Shown: positions 11,370 to 23,405 of the stretch, in pieces
Position numbering within the stretch: the stretch's first letter is position 1
Layout: every line of letters begins with the position of its first letter
Assembly (NCBI GenBank): GCA_002189035.1
Contig: NEEC01000007.1
Coordinates: 124,001-188,000 of the forward strand
From: Utricularia gibba
Lineage: Eukaryota; Plantae; Magnoliophyta
DNA: 64,000 nt
Direction: 5' to 3'
Position numbers and translations under genes: made by a program
The notes under the pieces: generated by a model
Told to the model about the DNA's origin: nothing
What the model saw: only the letters and a program-made list of their open reading frames with translations
Database searches by the model: none

Positions 11370-12685
11370 TCAGGGCTCTGCAGCAGGATTTTTCTCTATT
11401 ACGGTCAGGGGGCTTCCTTCCCACAGTTCTCCGAGTTCCTCCTTCATCCACGACAGGAACATCACGGGCCCCAAAGTGCAAGGCACCTGTTCATGAACAA
11501 AATGCTCATCACCGGCAAGCGGGATCGGAGGGTATGAAACTGAACTGATACCAGATACAGAAGCGCCGGCTGAGGCGAGTGTGTTAAAATGCCAGCTGCC
11601 AGAGCACTGAAGAGTCCGAATGCATATCCCAAAAGTGCGTGCCCGAAGTACTTGGTGCCTCTAGGAGACTGGAATTCTGAAGAATTATCGGGCTTCTGAG
11701 ATTTCCTGTGGTCGAAGCAGAGAACAAGGGCCAGGAGCATCGAAGGAATAGCCTGCAAAAGCCATGAGCTTACATGAACGGATGGAGAATCCGTCAAAGA
11801 ATCAAAGATGCTAACTAAGAAACAATGGCTTCCTTGTTTTTCTTTTCTTTTTTTTTTTGTGAGCCTTCGGATTTCCTGGTCACATACCATGTCACCGAGG
11901 CCAAGCATCATGTAGTCAGAAACACTATTTCCAGGCACGGAACCCCCCAACATGTTTCTTGGGAAGACGATCTTGACAGGCAACTCTAGTTTCTTGGTAA
12001 TAAACTGCAATCCTGGAAGGCTCAAGGTATTAGCAACAGTGTGTACTGGATTAGATGCCTGCTGTGTTGCAACTGATACCATAACATTTGCCCCAAAAAA
12101 TCTTTCTGAGTAGAATACCCAGAATATATCGTACACAAACAGGCAGATGAGGAGCATGGCACATATTTTGATATTTGGTAGCCGAACATGGCTAACAAAT
12201 GCTATGCAAAGAGATACACCCAAAAGGTTGTTCAATATCCAGTTCCCAGTAACAAGCCATGCTGTAACTAAACCAATGCAGAAAACCAATAATAGCCCTT
12301 GGAAGAGTGTGCATGACTTAGTACAACATCTACAGATATGCGGATCTGATAAACCGAATCTCAACTTGCTTTGAGCAATATAAGGGGAAAAGCAAAAGTA
12401 GAGAGCTGACACCGAGGCCATTGCTGTGAAAGCAGTGAGAAGTTGGGAGACTGAAGAAAATAAATAGAACATGAGCAGTAAGCTGCAAGAGCTCATTATT
12501 GGAATCATCAATGCCTGAGATCTGTCTATGGTAATTGAGGCTTGTGAAAGATCTCGATTCCTCTCCATTTCTTTCCCATGATTTAGAGCTCTAGAAGCCG
12601 ATACATAAGATACCAAGATAGCCGTCAAGAACAGAGTAAGAGACGATGGCTCCAACAAATAAACAAGCTTCCACAAAGGCTCCAT
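11370..12685 (-). CDS. SPPL1: Signal peptide peptidase-like aspartyl protease; exons 12685-11888, 11752-11552, 11486-11370
   Basis: MEPLWKLVYLLEP...; catalytic YD (VYDIFWVF) and LGLGD motifs; QPALLY motif; C-terminal VPCTLGPVMFLSWMKEELGELWEG; introns of 135 and 65 nt with GT-AG ends. Confidence 0.93.
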
Positions 12686-14103
12686 GCTCAAAAAACCTAC
12701 CACTTCTAACTGACGTAAGTTACCCTTGCGGTCACAAAGCAGGAGCAAGCTCTCTACGATCAAGATCAAGATACGAACTTGTTCCTCTGGGAAGCTGATT
12801 AATTTGGTAAATAGGATGGACAAACCTTCCTTGAATCCAACTTAGTAAACAGCCTGAGAACGAATTATATGAATCCAATTATACGAGGAAATGGAAAAAA
12901 GATCCGATTCCAAAGACACAGCGTGGCAAATAGAATCCTCACAATGACTTAAATCATGCCAAAAAAAAAAAAAAAAAAACCTCCACTACATAGCAAATAC
13001 ATAACATTCATAACCCCATTCCCTAAACAGCCATTTATTTGACATAATGAAAAAGTCGGCATTTCAGTAATCTGAGAAACCCGGCAGCGTCCATTTCCAG
13101 AAATTCAAACTAGGGATCACCCATGATCCTTCCACCAATGAACATTAAAGAGTGCTCGAAAACTATAATCTTGCGCGAAATAATGTTTACAGTTTGGCTT
13201 GATAACGAAATTGATGACTAGTTCACGCGAAAAATTCACATCAAAATCAAAAGAGGAATTTTGATTACAAAAAAAAACTACAGGCGTTATTCTTGTAAGC
13301 CAAGGGTAATTTCACCTTTGACTTGAAAACCTGCGAAGACGATCCAGTAGTTGGCTCACAGGGAGGGCTTTCTCCCAAATCCCAGTGAGCGAGGCGCGAT
13401 TGCATCTCGTCGCTGCAATCGGGATATTAATATTTTTGTAAATTAATAAAAAGTAAAGAATAAGAAATACTAAATAAAATGTTTTTGAAAAAAACACATA
13501 AAAGGATTCTTGTGAACTGTGAATTTGTACATGCAACGTATAAAGTTGTGCGATCGTCGCTTCTTGTTCCCGGATTAGTACTGCAATTCTTCGCTTTCTC
13601 CGAACAAGTTCCTATGAAAGTTGTGGACAAGAATGGGGCTCTCGGAATGATGAAAACTTTGCATCTTCCTCGTTAGCTGCCGCTGCTGCAAGAGACTTAG
13701 ATCTCTCCATTTGGAAGGAAGCTGGGTATGGGTTGTTCCAACTACTGGGCCTCGGACCATCTTAAAGTAGCACCAAGTGGATCACTGGCGGCCAAGAAGA
13801 AGAGGGGTGTTCGTGAAACACTCAAAAGTACACAGCAAAGCATCAACACAAGTAGAGTAGATGCTTGGAGGCAGCAGCAGCTCCGGCATTAACGCCCCGC
13901 CCCTCTCAGTGATTTGTCCTTCTGATGCATTCCACTGTATTTAAAACGCTGACGTTTTAGTCAAGTCTTGGTTATTGATAGCGCTAGTATACTATATGAG
14001 ATTCCAATCTTCACGTGAGAAGACCATTTTATTATAAGACCATGCGTTTTATTTTGTTCAAAGGAAAATACAGTGACAGGGATCCGGTGCCATGCAGTCG
14101 TCT

Positions 14104-14897
14104 TTAGAAGTCGCCGTCCTCTACACGCTCCGCCGCCTCGTCGGCGACATGATCCTCCAGCGCATCAAAACCCTCCGCCAGCGCTACTCCCCCACAACCC
14201 CTGCCACCGCACCGATGGCCAATCCAGTACCCATGCCTCCAAATCCGCTCTTCTTCTCCCCCTGGTACACCGGCTGCTGTCCACCGTAGCTGTCGTAGCC
14301 GCCCTGACCGTAGCTCGCAGCCGGAGCGCCGTAAGCCGGCGGAGGAGCTCCGTACTCAGGCCGAGCATCGTACTGAATCCCGTAGGCCGGTCGCGAATAA
14401 TCGGATTGCCAATCCCTGGTTCCCGATTGGGCGACCCCATACGGCTGCGGCTGCGGCGGCGGCGGATAGTAGGAACCCGATGAGCTATACCGCAAATCGC
14501 GTACGGATACTCCGATGTTGAGCTTGCCGTGAGGGCGGCCGGAAGGGCGCTTGAGATCGAGCTCCTTGTCGCGGCGGTTGCCTAATCCGACGTCGTTTAC
14601 AACGTCATGGAGAGGGATCTTGGCGGATCCGATAAGAGGCTTGGTTCCTTCCCCGGGCCTGGCGTTGACGATGTCGATGTGGAGAGTGGAGTCTTCGATG
14701 GGAGAGCTGAAGGGGATGATGAGTTTCTGGTCCCAGAACGGCGCCGTATCTCCCTCCTCATCGACGCGCGTAGTGACCTTGTTCGCGGGATCTACCCACA
14801 CGACGGCGTAGGGCTTCAGGCCGCCGTGGAACCAGTTGATATTTTTCAAATGCTTGGCGGAGATTATGGTGACCTCGAGCTCGTATCGCGACGCCAT
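14104..14897 (-). CDS. C2-domain (SRC2-like) protein with Pro/Tyr/Gly-rich tail; 1-nt deletion at 14189-14193
   Basis: [22 protein letters not shown]...[12 protein letters not shown]2 domain. One extra G turns the premature GVVGE* into [32 protein letters not shown], the typical family ending. Confidence 0.9.
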
Positions 14898-15884
14898 TGC
14901 CCGAACCGAAATTTGAATCGAGTAGGGGTGACCAGGCCCCCAACCGGGTCCACCATTTATAGTGCCGGGAGCGCGAATGAAAAATACCAAATTGGCCTTA
15001 CCAGTTGCCACCATAAAGGCACACGCTTTCACCAACCAGAAGAGGGCAAAAGGGTCCAGCGTACAGCAGCTACCCGCTAGGTAGACGACTCGCTTTGCTT
15101 CATGGCTACGGTGCGTCCCCTACACACCGATCTTGAATTTGGATTAGTTTTCTTTAATTGCAATTAATGGGCATCACCATTCTTCTAGAAATCGCCATCC
15201 GTCAACGGGCCGGGCCTTTCGAGTTCAACTACTAGGCCGGCCCGGCCCACTTAAAAAACCGTGTGTTCCCTGCATGGCCCACGCGGCGGCCGCGTACGCG
15301 GTTTTCATTTTAATATTCGCTGCACCACGTGGGATGGGGGTGAGTTAGGAATATAAATAACCCGACTGTTACATGTTCTTTTTTTAGTAAAAAAATTAAT
15401 TTCATTTTAATGTATGAATTTGTGCATAGTTTTTCTAAGATTATTTCGTATATAATTTAGTTGTGAAGGAGAGAACATTATATTATATTAATGGCAATAG
15501 GTTTTGGAAAAAAGAATTTTGTTAGTTGGGGAAGTAGATGTGAACCGGTTACCGAGTTACAAGGTAATCATCAATGATTAAAAATTATTGGGGGGAAAAA
15601 TGATTGGCTGTAGTTATCCGACAGGGGATGGCGTGGGAGGTCATCACAGACATTCGTTTGACTGGATCACCTACATGACCTCAGGGAAGAGGACGGAAGC
15701 CTCCAGGAAAGCCCAGCGGCAGGTTTTGCTTCATTTGAGTGCTCGTTGCTGGATGAACTCGTCACAAGAATCGGCGTTGCGATTTCAAGTGTTTTCTTTT
15801 TTGTTTTTATGATCGGACGGCGGTGATCGGTGAGGGAACGACGGAAAATGGTTATGGATTGAAATTGAAAATCGAGTGCTGATA

Positions 15885-18800
15885 ATGGACCTTGAAATTA
15901 TCATGAATTCCAACAGTCCAAAATTGAGATGGAAGCTAGTGAAGAAAAGTAGGAGCTACCGAGGGACGTTGGGTAGAAGAAGCGCGAATGATGAGGCGAA
16001 ATTAGGCAGAGTTGGGGATTTTTCTGAGTCTGATTCTGACAAGGTACTCTTTTGGTGTTTTCTACTTTGAGCTATTTGTTCGGATTCAGGTGAACTTATG
16101 GATGCCATTTTGGATTATCTGTTTTTGCAGTTTAGTGAAGGCTTCCTGGGGCAATCAGGGCCTGGTAAATTAGAGAGTGTGCCCTTTAAGAAAAGGCGCC
16201 ATTTACTACATGAAGATTCCGTTTCTCACTGCCCTTCACCTTCTTCAGACGGCATTAATGAGCAGGTTCCTCATCCTGGGGGTAAGAGGTCTTTGCATTC
16301 GCTATGTGAATGTAAAGGTGCTGGATTTTTGTGTGTGTTTGATGGTCAGTTGCGTTTCATTGTGTAATATTCATGAGATGTGGTTCACTCAGGGGAATTG
16401 TCTGCTCGCATGGGTGACGCTTGTAGTGATGAGTTACCAGCTGCTGAAGATCCCTCACTGAAATCAAAAAGTGTTGCACCACAATGTGAGATTTTCTTCA
16501 GAAGTAATGAATCAGAGAATATTTGTGGCAATTTATCCAGGGAAGGAGAAACTTCTGAAAGAAATGTCTCAGCTCCCGTTTCTCCAAGCTCGCTTAAAAG
16601 AACAGAAGGTGAAATTTCATCAATGGCAGTAAATAGAGAGCACTGGGACTTAAACACTATGATGGATGATTGGGTCAAACCTTTTGATCCGATCCCTGGA
16701 TCAAGGGAACTTGATGGTGATATGGATGTGAGGAAGGATACAAGCTTAAATCCAGGTGGTCGCATGAGTATGGAGAAGGACCCAAAGGAATCTAATGAAA
16801 ATGTAAATCTGGGAGGTGGCGGAAGTACTGAACCCCTGAAACTGGAAGAAGATAAGTTGACGGTGTCTTCAGCACTAGAATGCACCAACTTTGCTTCCAA
16901 GGAACCCTGGCGAAGTGGTAAGCCAGTGGAGGCAACTAGTGACTTTTGTGATGAGGCGACTGAGGACAAGCCTTATCTGGGTAATAAAGATGAAATTTTT
17001 CATTGTGATTCTCATGATGTAACCAGAGATGAGACCTCTGATGCAAATCATCCATGCCTCAATACTACTGCATTTGTGTCTACTGGAAATGAAAAAAGTA
17101 GTATTGGCGCCTTTGATATGTCCCAGAAAGTTTCCTGGTATACTAATTTGGATTATTGTGAGAGGTCTGGAACTTCTGCGAGCACTCTTGCACAAGATGG
17201 TGAGTCGAACTTAGCTGCTGGCGGAACCGAAAAATGTTTTCCTTTTGGCCAATCTGTAGGTGTTGAATATCTCCCAAAATATGAGGATGACAAACAGCAG
17301 TTTCGAAAATCAAATAGAACTGGTTCAAGCAGGCATTTCATTGAAGGAACATTTGATTATCCTAAACAACATCCAAACAGTTCTCAGGCTTGCCATATTC
17401 CCATCCACAGAGATAACTTGATGGCTAATAAGGAAGGATACTCTTCTCCGGATGAGAACCTGGAGTTGAGGGTTCCCTATGTTTATTCTGCGGAGGAGTA
17501 TGAATCTGTTGATTATGGACGTGATGGAACAGATGGACATGAGACCCATATTACTGATTGTGACATGTCGGAGTTAGCTGACGGTGTCTCTGAGTCTTCT
17601 TCGAGTATCAACGAGATAAATTTGGCGTCAAAAAGAAATCCCAGAGCCAAACAGAGTGATACTGGACCCGTTGAACGTTCTATGATGAAGCATCGTGGCT
17701 TGAATAGCTTTGGTGATACTGAAATAGCAGAAAAGCGCAGGCAGTCATTTGATACAAGACTTGGAAACAACGTTCCTGAAAGGACAGATCTGTGGAAAGG
17801 TAAAAGTCACCTTGCTGACGGCAATATGGAAGCAATCAATGAACGAGCCTCAAGCATTTCCGGGGGTAAGCTCCAGCCTTCCCCTGGATATCATCAAACA
17901 TGGAGGTCTGCTACATCCTTTTCCAATATTCTACCTTCCTATTGCCCTGGAGTCTTTATGTGTCTAGTTGAAATAGCTTTTGTCTTTTTTATTCGTTGTA
18001 ACTTTTATGTTACTTAAGATCATTTTGGCCAAACAGATCATACTCCCGTGTCAAGAGGGGCATCTACCCTGGCAAGTATATCGGCACTCGTGGATCTTAC
18101 AGTGGTGTAAAAGATGGAACCCAGAGGACATATTGGACTTCAAGACCTCATACCTCTCGGTATCAATTACCGCAGGCTCATATCAATGACCGGAGTATGC
18201 GAAGAGACAATACAAGTGACCCTGTGGAAATCATTGGCCATGGACAGGACTTCCTTGATTCAGCTAATAACTGTACACCTGAACACCTTCAAGATTCCAT
18301 CATGAGACGGCCATCTTTCAAAAGGGAGGACTATGTCGGGGTTCAGAGAAGAATGCCGCCTGCTATGCGTGGAGTTGGAAATTTTAGTAGCATCGGACAT
18401 TACTCGCGGCATGATGATCGAGGTTTTGCCCATCTACATGATGATACTGGAGCATTCGTGCGGTTTCCCCACTCATCAAAACGAGATCAAAACCTTCCTC
18501 TAAATTCTAGTAAGAGCTCTCATCCAAATTTTTCCAGGGGAAGGTCTGGTTTGAGATGGGGATCCAACTCTCCAAGGACAGAGCAGGAATTTCGGGAGCA
18601 GAGAATGACCAGAAGACAAAGCAGGTCTCCTGATTACAGGACAGAGGCTAGGAAGGAAAGAATGAGGGTGCCATTTTTTAAGTCTAATTTTGAATCTAAT
18701 ATGAGAGAGGGTCATATGAACACATCAAGAGACTGCATCTCATCACAGGACATTTATGGACCATTTGATGACTCCTTTTCCCCAGAGGATCCTTCAACTC

Positions 18801-18940
18801 AAGGGAAGTCACCAATCCGAGTATTCAGGTACCCTAAGAGGTTCGACAACATGCCTTCTCCTCGGCAATTTAAGTCAAACGAGTACTACGGACCTTCTGA
18901 TAGGTTCCACCAGACACAAACCAAAAGGAGATTTCATTGA
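15885..18940 (+). CDS. Large, largely disordered uncharacterised plant protein (resembles Arabidopsis At5g13590-like family), about 4 exons
   Basis: Long open exons (16393-~17904, ~18038-18940), phase-consistent intron 16282-16392, conserved-looking motifs VPFKKRRHL and EHWDLNTMMDDW, Arg/Ser-rich C-terminus. Exact start, one donor and the 3' end are uncertain. Confidence 0.65.
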
Positions 18941-19734
18941 TAAAAGATGGGAAGTTGGCAGTCAAATCTCTCGCCGTTGACTCCCCACAGCTCGTGGTGG
19001 TGATATGCTGATGTTTGATCACACCCCTCCTGATATTTAGGATGATACATTGAATTGGAATGTGCCCCAGTTTTCAGTGAAGAGATATACCTTACAACTT
19101 GATGCCCTTTGAGAGGTGGCGTTGCTGGAAAAGATGTGATCGTGATCACACCTATTCGGATGTTTCAGGACGAGACATTTGGATGACATGATAACTCGGT
19201 TTCCATGGCGATGTACCCTTGTACACAGTGACAGGTGGCATGGCTGAAAAAGGTGAGTGATGGCATCTTTGCGCTGGTTGCTGAGCTTATGTACATGGGC
19301 CGTAACTGGCAACACAGTGCCAAATGGCTATTCGAGTATCGATGTAGCCGTGTCTGAATTTAATATACAATACTTTGCTTTTTAGCCCTAAATCTTGCAA
19401 AAGAGTCCAAGCTTTTGTCACGGAAGGTGTTTGAAAGACTGTCGCTTTAAGATTGATATGTGAGCGGCAATATTCTGAAAATGGCAGGAAAGCCAGGCAT
19501 AAATGCTTCACAGACTGTAGTGATCCAAAATCTTGTCTTTAGATGTTTTCACGGATAAATTCATTAGTATCTGCATGAATTTGCTTGATGACGGGATCAA
19601 AACTCTCCATTCTCAATCCAGAAGGAAACCCAAGTGGAATTCTACTGTCTTCCACTCTTCTGGAGTCTCATTCTTGTGATTGGTTGGTACCATTGTTTCA
19701 TGGTATCCTCTTGGAGCCACAAACTAAAGCTATC

Positions 19735-22209
19735 ATGGGTGCAAAATCCCTGCACTTCCTCTGCTTCTTCTTCTCCTTTCTGATGCACTCACGCGCTTTC
19801 ACTCCCCAAGATAATCACTTGGTCAACTGCGGTTCAAAGTTTCCCACCGTAGCCGTGGGTAATCGTCTCTTTGTCGGAGACTCATCGGACGGTGGGTCAT
19901 CTTATATTTCACTAGGTGAAGGAGGATTTGCTCTAGAAAACCCAAACCCATCTTCGTCCTCCTCATCGATTTACGGAACTGCGAGAGTTTTCACTTCAGC
20001 TGCAAAATATTCGTTTGAAATCAAGGATCTTGGCACCCATTTGGTACGTCTACATTTCTCTCCTTTTGCTTCTGGGACCTACGATCTCAAGAATGGGAAT
20101 TTTGGGGTTTTGGCAAATGGGGCTTCTATTCTCAGAGGTTATTCTGCTAATTCAACCGTCATCAAAGAGTTCTTTCTGATGGTAGACAGAGATAAGCTTG
20201 AGATTCTGTTCACGCCTGTTGATCATTCCAGCTTTGCGTATGTTAACGCAATTGAAGTATTTTCTGCTCCAAAAGGTTTTTTCGTTGATGCTGGGGAGAT
20301 AGCACTTCTTAATCCTGATGGGCCTCAGCGATTCACGCAGAATCTCTCCACCCAAGTACTGGAAACTTTACATAGAATCAATGTTGGTGGTCCTGTGGTA
20401 ACACCTTTCAATGATACCCTATGGAGAACATGGATACCTGATGAAGATTTCCTTTTCCTGAAATCAGCTGCTAAGGTAGCTCGAACAACTCATCCTCCGA
20501 ATTACCAGTCCGGCGGCGCCACAAGAGAAAATGCCCCTGATGCAGTATACATGACTGCTCAGCAAATGAATATAGTGAACCACAGTTCATCCTTTCTGTT
20601 TAACATAACATGGGAGTTTCCGGTGAGTTCTGAGGACTCTGTCTACCTGGTGCGGTTGCATTTCTGTGATATCGTAAGCATTGCGCTGCATACACTGTAC
20701 TTCGACGTGTATATCAACGAGGTCACCGCTTACAAAGATCTGGACTTGTCTGTTCTGACATTTCATCAACTTGCATCTCCTTATTACATTGATTTTGCGG
20801 TGAGTAATCCGAAGGATTATGGTGCTGTAAGAGTAAGCATCGGTCCTGCTGACTTGAGCACTACCTCGAGAAAGAACGCTATCCTGAATGGCCTGGAGAT
20901 CATGAGAATGGTGAATTTTAATCTTGCACCTGCACCTGCACCGGTTGTTTCTGGGAGGAGAAGCATTTGGATTTATGCAGGGCCAGTCCTGGCGGGATTC
21001 ATACTTGTAACTCTTGCGATTCTTGCAACATATTTTGCCATGATTTTCAAGTTCAGAAGAAGACTATCCGAGAGCTCATGCTTCACTTCAGTGCGCAAAA
21101 CTGAAGGAAGCTCTCATGCCACGTTATCAGAAGCCACAGTTCTGGCTTCTCTTGGTCCTTACGGACACTATGGATTGAAAATCCCCTTTGTCGATATTCA
21201 GTTAGCTACGAACAACTTTGATAGCAGCCTGATAATTGGATCAGGAGGCTTCGGCACAGTGTACAGAGGAACACTCAAAGATACCATCAAGGTTGCAGTG
21301 AAAAGAGGAGTTCCTGGTTCAAGGCAAGGCCTCCCTGAGTTTCATACAGAAGTGATGGTTCTTTCCAAGATTCGGCATCGGCATCTTGTTTCCTTGGTGG
21401 GATACTGCGAGGAGCAGTCGGAGATGATTCTTGTTTACGAATACATGGAAAAGGGACCCTTGAGAAACCATCTGTATGGAAGTGACCTACCTTCCCTGTC
21501 ATGGAAGCAAAGGCTGGAAATCTGCATTGGAGCAGCAAGAGGGCTTCATTATCTCCACACGGGTTCTGCTCAGGGGATCATCCACAGAGACATCAAGTCT
21601 ACCAACATTCTTTTAGACGAAGACTATGTCGCGAAAGTCGCAGATTTCGGGCTGTCGAGATCCGGTCCTTGTGTAGATGAGTCACATGTGAGCACTGGCG
21701 TGAAGGGTAGTTTTGGGTACCTGGACCCTGAATACTTCCGGCTGCAGCAGCTGACCGATAAGTCTGATATTTACTCATTCGGGGTGGTGTTGTTCGAAGT
21801 CCTCTGTGCTAGACCGGCGGTTAATCCATCCCTTGTGGGCGAGCGAGCTAATCTGGCGGAATGTGCTGCTCAATGGCACAAGAAAGGGCTGATCGAGCAA
21901 ATGATGGATCCTCATCTTGCCGGCCAGATAGAACCAGCGTCGCTGAAGAAGTTCAGTGACACTGCGATCAAGTGCCTCGCCAACTACAGTGAGGATCGGC
22001 CCACAATGGGGGAGGTTCTGTGGAACTTGGAGCATGCTTACCAGCTTCAAATACAGGGGATAAGAAGAGATGCTAGAGATGGGGAAGATGATTCCATGGC
22101 ACCCGCCCCAGCGATTCTTCCAGCCAGCGACGAGGTAGGTGAAGATGCCATCTCCGATATTTCAAGGAGCGCAGTCTTCTCCCAGTTGCTGTCCCGCAAA
22201 GGCCGGTAG
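19735..22209 (+). CDS. CrRLK1L malectin-like receptor kinase (At5g24010-like clade), intronless
   Basis: Signal peptide then FTPQDNHLVNCGS, VRLHFSPF, NAIEVFS, LETLHRINVGGPVVTPFNDTLWRTW, TM segment, kinase GSGGFGTVY/HRDIKSTN/DFGLSR. Confidence 0.93.
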   Translation: MGAKSLHFLCFFFSFLMHSRAFTPQDNHLVNCGSKFPTVAVGNRLFVGDSSDGGSSYISLGEGGFALENPNPSSSSSSIYGTARVFTSAAKYSFEIKDLGTHLVRLHFSPFASGTYDLKNGNFGVLANGASILRGYSANSTVIKEFFLMVDRDKLEILFTPVDHSSFAYVNAIEVFSAPKGFFVDAGEIALLNPDGPQRFTQNLSTQVLETLHRINVGGPVVTPFNDTLWRTWIPDEDFLFLKSAAKVARTTHPPNYQSGGATRENAPDAVYMTAQQMNIVNHSSSFLFNITWEFPVSSEDSVYLVRLHFCDIVSIALHTLYFDVYINEVTAYKDLDLSVLTFHQLASPYYIDFAVSNPKDYGAVRVSIGPADLSTTSRKNAILNGLEIMRMVNFNLAPAPAPVVSGRRSIWIYAGPVLAGFILVTLAILATYFAMIFKFRRRLSESSCFTSVRKTEGSSHATLSEATVLASLGPYGHYGLKIPFVDIQLATNNFDSSLIIGSGGFGTVYRGTLKDTIKVAVKRGVPGSRQGLPEFHTEVMVLSKIRHRHLVSLVGYCEEQSEMILVYEYMEKGPLRNHLYGSDLPSLSWKQRLEICIGAARGLHYLHTGSAQGIIHRDIKSTNILLDEDYVAKVADFGLSRSGPCVDESHVSTGVKGSFGYLDPEYFRLQQLTDKSDIYSFGVVLFEVLCARPAVNPSLVGERANLAECAAQWHKKGLIEQMMDPHLAGQIEPASLKKFSDTAIKCLANYSEDRPTMGEVLWNLEHAYQLQIQGIRRDARDGEDDSMAPAPAILPASDEVGEDAISDISRSAVFSQLLSRKGR

Positions 22210-22492
22210 CCACTACCTTGGCATGAAATGCAAGTGAATTGTGTGATTTCCCAATGCAGATAACTTCGTCTTGCCTGTCTGTGAACAGCGAAATTGGATT
22301 TCTCTTGGAGATGATTTGGACAGTTGAAAATTGAAATCAAACCAATTCATCCCATAAAAAGTAGCCTATGTAGAAACATGATCCAACAAGTACAGGAAAT
22401 TCGAGGGGACCGCTGAAACATAACAAAGCCATTATTGCAAACAACAGTCGAGTCGAGTAGAAGTCAGGAAAAAGTATAAAAAACACCTTCCA

Positions 22493-23107
22493 TCACTCCT
22501 TCAGGAAGTGGTTAAATGCATAAGAAGCATCGTCAGCTATTTGAAGGGATGAAACAACCTGAGCAACCAGATGATCAGCGGATACACCAACAGATCCCCA
22601 ATCTTCCTCAACCAGATACTGATGGTATATGCCTCTGTCAAAAGGATTAGAAGCCATCAAGTTTGAACTTCCCCAGTTATCGTATACGCTCCCACAAGTG
22701 TGAGGATCAACAGTCCATCCATGGTCTTCATGTGGATATGTAGGCAGATCTGGACAAGAAACGAGAGACTGTCGTCTGTGAGTAAAAATGCCGATGTTGC
22801 TATCAAAATCACGGGTGTTTGGCCACTTCTTCTTAAGCACAACTTTGCATGAGTCGTCAGACTCTTCACCAAGGAGGACATGCAGGGCAACTGCTTCAGC
22901 TATTGCAGCTCCTTCTTCATCCAGCCTCTCTTGCTCTTTCTTCTTTTGCTTCTTCTTTTCAAGTTCAGAACGAATAGCAGCAGAAGTAGCTAAAGCCTTC
23001 TCCAAACGCCTCATTTTCTTCTCTGCTTGTTTTATGCGGTCAAACTCATCCTTCATTTTCTTATTCTTGGTTTTCCTCACCCCATTCGCTATCTTCACAC
23101 CTTCCAT
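22493..23107 (-). CDS. Conserved plant protein of unknown function (At5g52550/At4g25670-like)
   Basis: Coiled-coil block DEFDRIKQAEKKMRRLEKALATSAAIRSELEKKK...RLDEEGAAIAEAVALHVLLGEESDD; ATG at 23107 just after a CAG acceptor. Confidence 0.82.
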   Translation of the reverse strand: MEGVKIANGVRKTKNKKMKDEFDRIKQAEKKMRRLEKALATSAAIRSELEKKKQKKKEQERLDEEGAAIAEAVALHVLLGEESDDSCKVVLKKKWPNTRDFDSNIGIFTHRRQSLVSCPDLPTYPHEDHGWTVDPHTCGSVYDNWGSSNLMASNPFDRGIYHQYLVEEDWGSVGVSADHLVAQVVSSLQIADDASYAFNHFLKE

Positions 23108-23285
23108 TAAACCTGCCTACTCAAAACCGAAATCACGTCCTTTTTTTTTCCAATTCTTTTACCCCAGAAAACCTAGCACACTGTCTGCCACATCTAATGC
23201 TGTTTGTGTTTCTTTCCTATGAAATTCAATCAGTACATAGAAATGCAAATCTATAACTAACACGCTGACAACACCCAACTTAATG

Positions 23286-23405
23286 CTACACCCACTCAGG
23301 CCTGAAAGCGTAGCTCATCCTACGGACGCTGCATTCCCAAAAAGAAACACCGGGTGACAGGAGCAGTGAAAAATGACAATCAGATACCGATCCTTCTTCA
23401 ATCAT
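23286..23405 (-). CDS. Conserved-peptide upstream ORF (39 aa) in the leader of the gene at 22493-23107
   Basis: MIEEGSVSDCHFSLLLSPGVSFWECSVRRMSYAFRPEWV*. The C-terminal VSFWE..RR.SY..RPEWV pattern matches my recollection of CPuORF homology group 4, which precedes this same gene family. Confidence 0.75.
   Translation of the reverse strand: MIEEGSVSDCHFSLLLSPGVSFWECSVRRMSYAFRPEWV

Noticed and set aside
11462-12823. 453-aa ORF taken as the SPPL1 protein
   Set aside because: It reads through leader sequence and two introns; the true start is 12685 and the true end 11370.
13640-13930. Possible C/D snoRNA (ATGATGA at ~13647) or CLE peptide (REPHSCPQL)
   Set aside because: No nearby D box with terminal stem, and the CLE box match needs indels; kept only as an unexplained island.
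14073-15080. Plus-strand ORFs across the C2 gene
   Set aside because: GC-rich antisense frames of a real minus-strand gene.
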